Source of the DNA: Trichoplax sp. H2
Taxonomy: Eukaryota
Reading direction: 5' to 3'
Assembly: GCA_003344405.1 (NCBI GenBank)
Contig: NOWV01000168.1
Coordinates: forward strand, 62,001-126,000
DNA length: 64,000 nucleotides
Shown: positions 44,401-56,715 of the stretch, piece by piece
Layout: each line of letters begins with the position of its first letter
Numbering within the stretch: position 1 is the stretch's first letter
The notes under the pieces: model-generated
The model's database searches: none
Told to the model about the DNA's origin: nothing
The model's input: only the letters and a program-made list of their open reading frames with translations
Translations under genes and position numbers: made by a program

Positions 44401-47400
44401 GAGTAACATTTATTGACAAGCAAGCAGTAATTTAGATGAAGATTGGTGATAGAGTATGATAAAAGAATAGCTGATGAGTCATCAGTAGAGATTATCCTAC
44501 TTGTATTAGCGATCTTAATGTTCATGATGGTGATTGATTAATGAGTCAGCTAGTGGTAATTACTAATCATTACAGTGATTCAGGGTGATTATAATTTAAA
44601 ATGAAGCAATTTAATTAATCTAACCGATGTTGATTGATAAATTTACTGTATTTGATGAGGTGAAAATGAGTCAGAGGGAAGCCTTCCTTTATCATTTGTT
44701 CCCTACAAAAGTGGAATAATGTATCATCCTCTACATAAACTTTTATGAAAGGTTTCATCTTAAAACAAATCAAAGCTTTTATATGTTGATTATTGATCTT
44801 ACAAATTAATTAAAATCGAAGTAGACTACTTCAGATCTCTCTAAAAAATCGCTCTCTTACTGGTATAAATCTGTTATATAGCGCGTTAGCATCAGTAATC
44901 AGGATATTTCTATTCAACGACCAAAATTAATTATACTGTATGAAGGTTGTTATATAGTAGTATTAGCAGTTAGCCATCCTACTGAACCTTGGGCATATCT
45001 ATTTCATGGCGAAAAGACTGGTCTGGATTTGTACACCTTCTGCAGATTACCTATAATAATATCTATGTCATTGGCAATTTTAAAGCCAAATTTATTTCTG
45101 TCAATTTAAGATAGTTTGTCTACCGTGTACTGTATACCTCGTCCTATACTCATGGAACATAATCGATCAAGAATATTTTTCATGCTGCTAAGCATGAGCA
45201 CCCTTCCATCCGTTAATAATATTATTTGGTCCTGTTTATGTCATCAGATACAAGATATGGTATGTCTAACATTGCCATAAAATGAGTTTCAGTGAGCTTT
45301 ATACTTGTATTTAGCTCTGCTGTCCTATACATAGCTATTCATAACAGTATTAGAAGTAGGACTTTTATGATTTACTAGTGCAAACTCCCGTCGCTTTGCT
45401 GACGGTTTACGATAATGTGCTCATTTAACAGATAGTATTACCATTTGATAGACCTGTCAAATGTTATCATCAGTATTTCAGTTGTTGAACTCCATTTTTA
45501 GACAAGTACGGTAAGAAATATTTTGAGTTAGGTTATGGATTTATGCCGGTTTAAATGCCTACATTATAATTCAATTAGGCTTTCTGTTTATTCGCAACGA
45601 CGAAAGATTTTCTGTGTATGCGTAATCTTCTATCGGACGTATCGAAGATAAAATGCATCGATATCCTAAGTTTAAATTTTTATTAGAATTTCGAACTTCA
45701 TTGCAATTTAACAGTAAAAATGCTTGACATACCATTCTATAAAATTGACAGATAGCTCTTAATAGCCGAAGTACACGTAAAGTTCTGTAGCGTTTATTAG
45801 CTTACTAAGTTAATACCGCTGCTTTTTCAATTTTTCATCCGGGTAAAGAAGGGATCGAAAAGTTCCTGTTAGTATTTTGTTGCCATGGTCGAGTAGAGAA
45901 GCATGATGACGTATAATTAGAATCACGTAGACATACATTGTTAGACAATTCCTTTCAAAAGTGTAAATGCTATACAGTATATTAAACATACGACAGAAGT
46001 TTTATTCTGTTTTATTGCAATCTATTTGCAGATAAAGTAGAAACACCTATTGGCTGATATAGGTATTTCCTCTTAATTATTTTTAGCAAATCTTCGACTA
46101 TACGATAGTTTGTAAGGAGGCATTTACATCAAGTATACAAAGTACAGTTTATACAGCAAGATCTAATTTATACGCCTATATTTAGACCAAATTTTGGGAT
46201 TATTTTTGTTTGCAATCATCACCTATACCGTGCGTGCATTTAGATCATATTAACGTTATTTTAGTGTTTCATTTTGCAGTGTGAGTCTGCAATAATGGAA
46301 GAGTTATCTGGGTAATTTAATATAATCGTTCTATTTGCACTACATTTGCATATTGAGTCTATATACATATCATATCATGATTATTTTTCCTCTATATAAT
46401 TTGCAATACGTAATAACTATATATAAAAATTTGGTCTGAATAACATCCATGAATAGTATATAATATGGATACATATCGCTCGTATTCCACATATTAGTGT
46501 ATCAAATTCTATATATGATATCTCCTACGTGGCAGAATTCTATACAAATACTTCAGCTCTATATTTATGGTACAATATAATCAATGCATGCTATTTCTGG
46601 ATCATTGCGCGGAGATATTTATATCGACTAAATATTAAGACCTGATACATATATTTTAGTATTTTTGGGGCTTATGGATTGTATTTAGTTTATACTTATA
46701 TCATATTTTTCCTATTTATATACGACGCTTACGTATAGTGCGCGTTGAACTACTGTTCATTACTATTTGCTCTATTTCGGTATTCAAAATACAGCAATAG
46801 TATAGGATAGTTATCAGTTGTCACCATGATCATCTAATTTAAAGTACAAAGTATGAAATTAAGACGGGTCGCCTATAAGAGTATAGCAAACACGTTTGAT
46901 TGATATTTATGAAATCGAACCTTGTACAGTATAGTGATCGACACCGGATAATGAATCAATTTTTCAGATACTGCAGGTTCCTAGAGTAAATGATCCATTT
47001 TAGAACTCTTCAGACAGACTTTTGGATGGGCAAACCCAAATTTCTCCTCATCTTGCTGAAAGTCCTGTTTTACCCTAGTTACAGCCTTCATTACTATTTA
47101 GATTTGCTAAGTATAATTCTGTTATTCGGGACCTTGGCTTACAGAGTACATGGCATCGGTTAGAGGAATTTTTGGATTGAGTAGTTCCTGACTGATTACA
47201 GTATACAACACATCTAGTTACCTAGCATTTTTTATTGTCGGTATGTTATCCGATATACAGTGCTACGTTATATACTAATAAATATCCCGGCGAACTTAGG
47301 TTTGGATAATTTCCTATAATTGATAGTATTATGCACTATTAAGTGTCTGTACGCCCAATTTGATTGTTACAATTTACAATTTATTATTTTTTAATACAAG

Positions 47401-50400
47401 GTCGATTTCTCGCTCGTTCTACTTCATATACTATACTTGTACCTTTTACTTGATAATATCTTATTTATCATTTTAATATACAGATTATTCTTGTTGATTC
47501 TAACATGGGAACAATATAGCATGGTAAATTTATTAAATCAATCACATCACAAAAGTTTGATTGATTAAAAGCTAAACATAGACAAGTAAACACTAGCTTG
47601 CCTGTATGATTATCCTTAAAATTGAATAGACCCGTAAATAACATTTTCTCTTGAAAAGAATTCAATATCCTATGTCTTTGACTAGGATATTGGACTAATA
47701 TCGTAATGCTAAAGACTTTACAGCCAGAGTTGTGGCGTAATCACTTTTCGTCATGAGAACCAATAGAAAATGACCATATCCGAACTCTATTGCAACAGAG
47801 TGTAGTATCATGCTTCTTTATTCTGACTGTAGAATAATTATTGCGATGGCTACCGCGTTAACTGCTGATCTTATTACAACACAATGCAGGAATAGCTAAA
47901 CGTAGATAAATGAAAGAGAAGAACTGTGGTCAGGCATTATTATTCCACAATACTCTTAATACAAGTTGTATTTTCTTGCCGTTTAATGGCTCTGATGCTA
48001 GACAAATATTGTGCTGGTAGTAATCATTACGTTTAATCAACGGCCATAGTAGGGTAATGATAACAACTAAGACAAATATAGACAATCAATAACAACGATA
48101 TTAAAACTATGCAGTTATTGGAAGATATTAGTCCTATAGACTAGCCAATACTAGACTGGCTATTTCATTCAGTGAAATGCAAAAGACTTTAAATCTTAAG
48201 CATGAATATTGTATCCAGACGATATGAAAACAGACAAATATAGGGCTAGATGAACCAATAGAAAATCATTTGAGAAACGTTTTCTCCTATTTAAGACATT
48301 GATTTATCATTTCAATCTAGGCCCAAAGTCTATCCTATACTATAATAAGAAAATTCAAGCAAATTTGCAAGTTGTACGATAAACTATCCAAAATTGACCA
48401 TGAAGGTAAGAATCGTCATCAGAAAAATCAATGTCTCTTCACTATCAAGATTACAAGTAGGACTATAATTGTTGTTGAATTATGTTGTCAATATCGTCGT
48501 GTACAATCTTCTCTAATTATATAATATTCATGATGTCTGCTTTGTCATTATAAAACTTTGTCTCTCTATTAATCGATATTAGCATCAATGCTTTACTGTT
48601 ATGATATGAATAAATATAGACAACGATTAAAAGAATGCAAACTACTATATATTTAAGGAAAATCGTCTGTCCATTTTAGTCTATCTAATTGGTTATAGTA
48701 ATCTTGCTTTTCTAAAAAGTAGCATAAACTCCAGGGTATTGTAAAACTATTTCTGTTACAAATTAAAATTGCCTACAAGAGTAGTCATTAAGTACGACTG
48801 CTACAAGGATTATTGCCGTTCGTTCTATTATTCCTACCCCCTTCCCGTAAAAAAGAAATTATCAGCTACTAATCAAGAATCATCATGTCGTTCGATACAG
48901 GGCCGCTACCAAGTAAGCCAATTAAGCGATTTTTCAGCAAAGACAAGCAAAAGCAACTGCAAAAGGTATAAAATTGTATTAGTTTAAAATCGATTCAATG
49001 TTAAAAGTTTGTCACTTTATGCTAGTATATCAGCTATAGCTATTTTTCTCTTTTATTCAACTATATATAAATTGACAGTATTTTGATTTATTGGCTCTTA
49101 ATTTACTGATGCCAATTTAGTCTCACGAATAGAACTTTTTAATAAAGATTAAACTATTCTAAGCGATAGGTATTGATAATCATTATGCACTTGTAGCCTT
49201 CATTTTTTATTGCCTAAGTGGATATACGTAAAACTCTGGCAATCTGGAGTAGTTTGGAATGACTAGAATTAATCCTAGTCTTTATGTGCTTGAGCTCTTG
49301 CCTTTTTTTCCATTTTGGCCTGAATAGATTACAGCTACGATAATTTAGAGTACTTTTGAACGATAAATGTTGTTCATTATAGTTATAGTTTATTAGTCTA
49401 CACCTTCTAGCTGCCAATTTTTAAACGGATATAAAAAGTTGCAATAATCTATGGGACGGAAACTTTTTAACGTTAACATCGGCATTATGATATAAAATTC
49501 AGTCCGATGTTTGATATTTTCATTTTTCAGCTATCTGCTCGTAATATTACATGACTGGATACTAAATTAAAAATTAATCATCAGTCTTTAACATCAAATG
49601 AGCCCTATTAATTTTCATTCAATCAGTCTTATTGAATTGAGTAGATAATTTTTATTCTCAATACTTGGTGTTTTGAACTTGTTTTTTTCTAATATAATTG
49701 AGAAAATACATCAATCTTGTTTAAAATTTGGAAATAAATTTTCTTCAAGACATTATCTAGGAGTGGAATTAAAAATAGAAGTTTAAACTAGTCATTTTAA
49801 TATTCTGATTCTATATTCAATTAGGTTGAAGGCGTCTTCAAATTTGTTACCTCCAACCCGAAACTTCGAACTAGTGATTGCGTAGTCGAATTTCTAATGC
49901 CAGATCAACAAGCAGACTGTATGTTTGAAATAGAAAATCTTTCCATCTTTGTATATTTTCTTGATCTATGGCTGTATAAAAGTAGCTGTCTAGCTCATCA
50001 TAGATAATGGTCTAATGTTTCTCTACTTTAACGATTTGATACCATAATAAGTTACATTTTTTAATATAAAATTTCCCATTAGGTTCTTATGACGAAGCTA
50101 ATTTAGAACATCGTGCATCATCGGCTGTGGATTCATGCAATGTAAGCTTTATCTTATATTTTTAATTTAAAAGTTATGATTCCTTCAAAGTGTACAGAAT
50201 GATAAATAGGGTTAACGCGTAATTTTATTTTCTTACCATAAAACTCTGACTGAAATTATGACCTATTTCCATTTAACGATGTATAGCTTAATGTATTGTA
50301 ATTTAATTTTAAAACAAAATTTTACCGATGCCGTTTAATAGATGATTGTAGAGGATAAAAGCTTTCATTTTTAGTAGTCATGTACCTGATTAGCTTATTG

Positions 50401-53400
50401 TATTAGATTTAAAGTCATATTTATTCCAATGCTACATATCCATACTCTCTTTTTCTTGCTAGTATATTGAAGAAGTACAGTTTTAATTATAACTGGTTAT
50501 GAGCCAGTAGCCATTTCTAGACTTGTATCTATCGGAGATAAATAGAGTAAATTGTCAGCAAAGCCGTCAATTCGATGCTAGTATTTCCAGAATTTCTCTA
50601 CATTCTTGACGTATATCCTCTAATTTACTAGCTTCCTTTGTATCGTTATTTAATTCTTAAAAATTTTATGCTATATTAACTAGATCATATTTATACTTTT
50701 AGAGCATAACTCCGTAATTGATGTTCGGATATTAGTATAGGCTTATCTCGTTGTAGTCTCTATTTCTAATAAACCAATGTCAGTCTAATCTGAATGCTAA
50801 TACATTATAGATGCAATTTCAAATTTATACATTGGTTTATTCTTTCCTAGTATTTTTTTATTTCTTTAACTCCTAATTTTTTATTTTACCTATATTGTAT
50901 TTATAAGGCATTCTAATGCTTTATTTCCTGCTAGCCAGGACAACGCGTTTTCTGTTCGTAAATATTAAATTTTTTTTTGATATCGGCGATTAGATTACTC
51001 ATGCTTATCAAAAAGCTTTATTAAATGTTGCGGCTTCCGTAAATATGCGATCACCGTCTTCCTCTCCAAGTAAGTTGTTAAGCAATAACTATCACTATAA
51101 AGTACTAGTTCGGTAAAATTTTCACTCACTTAATATGAAGAATAAAGATTTTACTGAATTAGTACTTATTAACATAATAAAGAAGTCTACTTACCGATGA
51201 GCTTTTATTTATAATATTGTTATTAAATGGATATTAATTTCTTTCGTGTGTAGTTTACGATAGTTATCAACATAGCAATAGAAAGAAAGTAGGATTTCGA
51301 AGGAGTCTCTTATTAAGATAAGAAGACTTTCTTCTGAATTTCTAACAAGAGGGGCTATAATAAAGACGATAGATTAATCTGGTTTTTAATTAGTTTTTCT
51401 ATCATCGTAGTGATTATAATATCTACCTGTAATAATTATCTTTTCAATAAGAATAAGCTTGCGCAAGAGAAAATTAAATCTACAAATTTAAAAAAATAAT
51501 AAATATAATTAAGCACTAAGATAGGTTCATTAATTAAAATCGTAGGCTTTTTATTCAGCTTCAACACATTTTCATGCACGTTGCTTTTGCTTAGACTTTT
51601 TAACACATGAGAATAGTCTTATTTAGGTATACCTATATCACACTCGAAGCTGTAATATTATCATTGTATATTTAGGAAATTAGAGTTGCTGATTTTACAC
51701 TAAACTACGGTAGTACTAAAAAATGACTATATTCAATCACAACGTATCGCCTAGATTTGATCGGTCCAATAGATAAGCATAAGATATGCTTAAAGCTTTA
51801 GTTTTTTAAAGTGCAACTGATTGATATATTTTTACTCATAACATAATGTTAATTAATTAATGATTTTGTTTTTTAATAAATCACGTAAATACCTTGCCAT
51901 ATATGGAAAGACAGAGATTCCAAGATGAAATTGATATTAAAGTATCGATAATTTTAATTACATCCATTATTCGTTTGTAGACTATAACTCACTCACTGAT
52001 ATGTAAATTAACGATATGAGCAAATTCAAGTTACCCAGGAGCCACTATAAATGCGTCTTGGAAAAGAAGTATACCTAGTAAAACTATCGATCATAGGAAA
52101 CAATCATCCATATTGTTGAAAACTAATTTATAATAGATTTTGGGTAATTAATCTCGAAGGAGTCCCTTATTTTTGGATAATTCTCATGTATGAGCATTCT
52201 TAAAATTTTCACATGCAAATTTTACACCTCTGACAGAAACTAGTAGAATAGAGTTTTACACCTGAGTATTGTTCGATGACATTAAGTAAATTATATAATG
52301 GGTAACTTAATCCTATATGAGCTAGTTATGGTTTTAATTATTTAACGATGGGATATTAAAAATAATCACTAAAGAATAATACTGAAATCTAAATATGAAA
52401 GCAATATTTTACTGTAAAAAAGTGATATACGATGTTCATAGTAATAGTTAAATTTAGACAGATAGATATAAATTATCAATGATGATGATACCAATAAAGA
52501 AATTGTGTTGATGATTAATAAAGTTAATACGATGATAACAGCAACGACAACAATAGTAATGATACGTGATATGATGATGGATTAGTATAGATAATTGGCC
52601 GTGTGTCTGATATAAAATTTTATCACAATGAGCTATATTGATATTATTTTAATTTTATAATCTTGTATCTATTATTAGATATTAATTCTTGTTGTTTTTA
52701 CTCCAATACAAAAATATCAAAATATAGGACAATCACCGATTATTTCCCAAAGATTCTTTACACGTCGAGGTTCAGCCACTCCTAAAGCTACTACTGCGAA
52801 AGAAAATCAAGATGTTGTCTTTAAAGAAGGTAAATAGCAGTAAACCAGAAAATGCTCAATAGTAATTTTATATTTCAATCTTGATTTCAATACAAGTATG
52901 TTCGGCGTACTGTGAAAGATTAAAGTCAAAGTTTTTGATTAGGATAAATACGACTTCAGTAAAAATTATTATTTTTTATGTTTATTATTGTGATTTGATG
53001 TGATCTATTAGTCCTATATTTCTAAAAATGATTATATGCAAATATAAAAAAAGAAATGCAAGTAAAACAAAATTGATAAATATCATTTTATTTAACCAGA
53101 GGATAAACCAACTATGATTCTAACATGGAGGAAAGATAAATATATTGTAGCAGCTGGAACTATCGAAAAATTAGTTGAACAATTGGCCTGTGAGGACAGT
53201 GCAGGTAAAATGTGATAAAAGATTAATGCTTTACTGTACCAGTTATTAATTTCCAATATTGAAAATAGGAGAAGTAATAACTTACAATAAATAGAATTAA
53301 AACCTTGTTATACTGTGAGCAATTGTAAATTATCGTGCATTGAAATAAATATGCCAAAAATTATCTTCTGTTGTTTTATGTAGACGTCGGCTATGTTAAA

Positions 53401-56400
53401 GCTTTCCTTCTTGGCTATCGACACTTTGCTAAACCGGAAGCAGTACTACAAATGCTGCTATCTCGATATCTTTAATATACTATGTATGAATTATGGATTA
53501 CTTGCATAAATATAACCACAGCATTAATTAATATGTAGCTAGAGTTGAGTTTGTGTTAGCTTATTGAAAATTATACCCAGGTCGAAATTATTTGGAAGAC
53601 AACTACAATATTAGAATTCGATAAATGAAAGATGATTAAAGATATTATTGCTCAGACTTTGAAACCTACATCAATTACAGCGGAATGAAATATGAAGTAA
53701 TTTGGTAGAACTCTAGCACTTTTGTCCTTTCTTAGAGATACTTATAATGTATAGTGTTATTTCCTTCCAATTACTAATTTAATAATTGGCTAAGCTAGAG
53801 CACGTAAACTTTATTCTTATCCTATAATATGTTTCTAATGAATAACTTAATTTCCTATATTTTATCATTAGATATTTTACAAGTAATAATAGTAAATAAT
53901 CCATCATTGACTGCAATGATCTTTAGCGAGTAAAAACAAATTTATTGTTCTTAACTGTAACTACATTTAATGTCATGTTGCATTATGATGCAACGCAAGA
54001 AGAGCTTGAATACGTCGAGAAATGGGGATTAGTCATTAGATTAAGGTAAGAAAATTAGCAAAGACTAAACTTCATAAAATTTTCTTGCTGTCTTGACAAC
54101 AATCTATCTCCAATGGAATTGATCACATGGAAGGAATTATCTTTTATAATATAAATCTCTAAAAATACACTGTACTAGTATCTCAAGAGAATGCCACTGT
54201 TGCTTGTTAGATTAGTGTTATAAATTCTTTGATGCTCAAGATTTAAGTATATTATTAAGTCTATCAAGTTATAAAAGTTAATATACTATTCCAACTAGGA
54301 CTATCAATACCTTGATGCAATGGATGGAAAGATGTTGGTGGGATTTTCAGGGAAACGAGTCTATGGTTAGTAATAAATCTACATCTGATCCTATTAAATA
54401 TTTTCTTGTGTAAGAATACAGAGCTTAAGATGCATACTAAGCTTAATTTAAAAAGTGTCATAATTTAAAGAATTTAGGGGATTTATAATGATTCTAATTA
54501 TTTAAAATCCATGCTTATATAAATTTAAACATATTACAGTTAAAGCGAGTAGATGACTTCGTTGAAACTTTACTGGTTTCTGATGCTGCGTTTCACAATG
54601 CTGCCAAAGGTATTGCCGATTTAAAGAGTAAAAAGCTCGCAAGCGGTAATAATTCAGAAAATTCATCTGCAATCTGGTATGGCTCATCAACACAATCGAA
54701 ATTAACCAATATAAAAGATATTAAAAAAATATGTATAATGCAAGTACCTGCGCAGCAAATTGCAGAACAGGTTATTAGAATTCTATTCTTCAATTTTCTG
54801 TTGATAAAGAAATAGTTACACTTAACTCAAAATAGGACCTGTAAAATTTTCCTTTCGTTTTATAGGTATATATTAGTTTAATTATGCGTATACTTCTAGT
54901 AACGAGGTACATCGTAAAATACTCTCAGTTTCTTAACTTACTCATTTGTTTACTCTGGCTAGCTAACTCTGATAGATTTGGAAATATTAAGATCAATCGG
55001 CCCAAATGAAGTCTTATGTCATCTATGGGGATCGAAATCAGGTAAAATATTTTATTTCTTTTTAATCTATTCAATTAGCATTCATAATGTATCATTAATT
55101 GGAATGCTAATATTATAAGCACAGTTCTACGAAATGGTAGTAGTGTATAGCAATTTCATGAATTATTTAAAGGTCTATGGATTAACCGGTTAATATATAA
55201 TATTTAGTATGTAGAGATGATAAAGACAAGGCTGAAATTGCTGGCAATTTGAATGCCTATATCAAGCGATGGAATACAGTTTGTTATTGGGTCGGAACTG
55301 AAATTTGTCGCACTTTAGATTGTCGAGGACGTGCTCAGGCTATGGAGAAATTTATTGAAATAGCAAAGGTAACGATAACTTTATTGCTTCGTGGCTCATT
55401 AAAACTATCAAAAAATTTTTACTAAATAATGTTAAAAATTGTTTCCGATATATTAGCATTGTAAAATAATTCGCAACTACAGTACAATGGCTAGTATAGT
55501 TGGAGGTCTTAACATCCATCCGATAAGATCATTAAAGAAATCCTGGGAGGTTAGCTTATTATTATACGTAATATTCCTTTTCCTAATTTTTCATTTATAT
55601 GTATATATATATTTATACATTTATAAAAGAATTCGAAATAATGTTCCATGCATGATATCTACATCTTGTCATTTGCACTATGAATATAGTTCAATTTTTG
55701 ATATTATTCTGTAATTTACGCCAATCTTAGCAACTTATTGCTCTGCTATTGTAATTTTACTTACGCATCTTATGATTGATTTATGTTTTTTTGTAGTGTG
55801 TCGGCCATAAGTATGTTAAATTATTGAATGAAATGGAAGATTTTATGAAGCCTGATCGAAATTATATCAGTTATCGTAAAGTCTTGGCTGATATCCCAAC
55901 CAGCTGTCCATGCATTCCATTTTTTGGTAATGCAAACAGCTAGAATTTATATTCAATTAATTACTTAGCTTGCATTTATTTAGGATAATATTATAATCTC
56001 GTTATATTTATAACTGATTTAAGATTCATCCTTATTGCTTTAATAGGTGTTTTCATCAAAGATCTAACTTTTCTTAATGACGGCAACCCTAAAGTTTTAG
56101 CTAATGGATTGTATAACTTTACCAAGATTAGAGATATCAGTAATAAGGTTAGACTAATCAAAAATGGGTATATTTTGATATATAACTGGAAACTATCTAC
56201 TAACCGAACATCAGCCTTTTTAGATATCATTCTTAATTCTATTACTGTTATGGTGCTTTACTATGCACCTAGTATTATGTTTCTAATTTTAGAAACGTCT
56301 CGGCCATTTATCATCTCAGACTATGATATTAACAATACGCATTTATCTATTACTTTTTATAAAATATTTAGATTAACGAACTAGAGCGTTATCAACGTTC

Positions 56401-56715
56401 TGCTTATCAAGTATCGCCGAATCCTAAGATATTTTTTGGATTAAAAAAATTACAAATACTATCTGAGAAACAGTAAGTAATTAGGGAATATCTATTTTCT
56501 ATCCAAAATTACTATCTATCATAGTCAAAATAGATTATTACATTTAAAATTGTGTAGCATAAGCTGCAATACATTACCTATCCACAGAATCATCTATTGG
56601 ATGATTAGTTATCATTCATACTGTTACTTATTGATATATATTCTTTACTTGGTAATATTGTAGGATATATCAGCAATCTTTGAAGCTTGAACAGCGTCGC
56701 AAATCTATACATTAA
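35428..56715 (+). CDS. Ras-family guanine nucleotide exchange factor with PX-like, REM and CDC25 domains, ~1315 aa
   Basis: 21 phase-compatible exons: 35428-35836, 39055-40671, 42366-42523, 48321-48405, 48901-48965, 49825-49918, 50083-50141, 50994-51069, 52728-52829, 53100-53204, 53384-53465, 53965-54045, 54299-54365, 54540-54770, 54963-55041, 55208-55368, 55457-55549, 55797-55926, 56047-56147, 56372-56472, 56664-56715 (3948 nt). REM: VAAGTIEKLVEQL, YVKAFLLGYRHF, IRLRTINTLMQWMERCWWDF. CDC25: IAEQLTLID, WNTVCYWVGTEI, RNYSTMASIVGGL, CIPFFGVFIKDLTFLNDGNP, NFTKIR. The GEF part is very secure; joining of the 5' exons rests on splice signals and phase. Confidence 0.85.
37149..37778. repeat. Diverged ~300 bp tandem duplication in RasGEF intron
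   Basis: ~37149-37446 and ~37501-37778 share CCTATTACAGA..GATATAGGA, GATTAAATCTA and TAATTAGAC(A/G)AAGTTAAGGATTAA..GATCGTTGATTAATAA in the same order. Confidence 0.8.
38690..39030. repeat. ~140-150 bp tandem repeat (2.3 copies) just upstream of the large exon's acceptor
   Basis: AAGGCAA.AA.TGC.TACTC..CAGC near 38700, 38852 and 39002; CTGATGGATTCGATAT...TTTAGC...ATAGCATGATA at 38772 and 38912. Confidence 0.8.
42366..49918 (+). other. Four small exons encoding a PX (Phox homology)-like domain of the RasGEF
   Basis: Joined translation: FKHRFIVYEIKVTTILPG|AQSLSYTIIRKFKQICKLYDKLSKIDHEG|PLPSKPIKRFFSKDKQKQLQK|VEGVFKFVTSNPKLRTSDCVVEFLMP. This follows the PX pattern YxIxV, (V/I)xRR(Y/F)xxFxxLxxxL, PxLPxK, ...PxLxxSxxVxxFL. 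Confidence 0.7.
43341..44673. promoter_or_regulatory. Intronic cluster of AP-1/bZIP sites (ATGASTCA x5), candidate enhancer
   Basis: ATGACTCA 43341, ATGAGTCAT 43384, ATGAGTCAT 44474 (inside the odd palindrome CTGATGAGTCATCAG 44471-44485), ATGAGTCAGC 44541, ATGAGTCA 44666. Confidence 0.45.
53466..53964 (+). other. U12-type (minor spliceosome) AT-AC intron, phase 2, 499 nt
   Basis: 5' site ATATCTTT at 53466; branch site TTCTTAAC at 53948-53955; 3' end CTAC at 53964. Splicing gives MLLSR/FNVMLHYDATQEELEYVEKWGLVIRLR; unspliced read-through hits TAA within three codons. Confidence 0.88.

Noticed and set aside
44471-44485. CTGATGA hammerhead ribozyme core
   Set aside because: No stem II-GAAA arrangement follows; it is half of a palindrome around an AP-1 site.
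45430-46311. Exon-like segments with AG/GT ends in the RasGEF intron (e.g. 45452-45510, 46032-46062, 46280-46311)
   Set aside because: Phases do not fit the phase-0 junction 42523-48321 and they would disrupt the PX domain; non-coding use cannot be judged from sequence.
50935-50957. Possible micro-exon CCAGGACAACGCGTTTTCTGTTC
   Set aside because: 23 nt would shift the frame and leave an implausibly short following intron; exon 50994-51069 fits without it.
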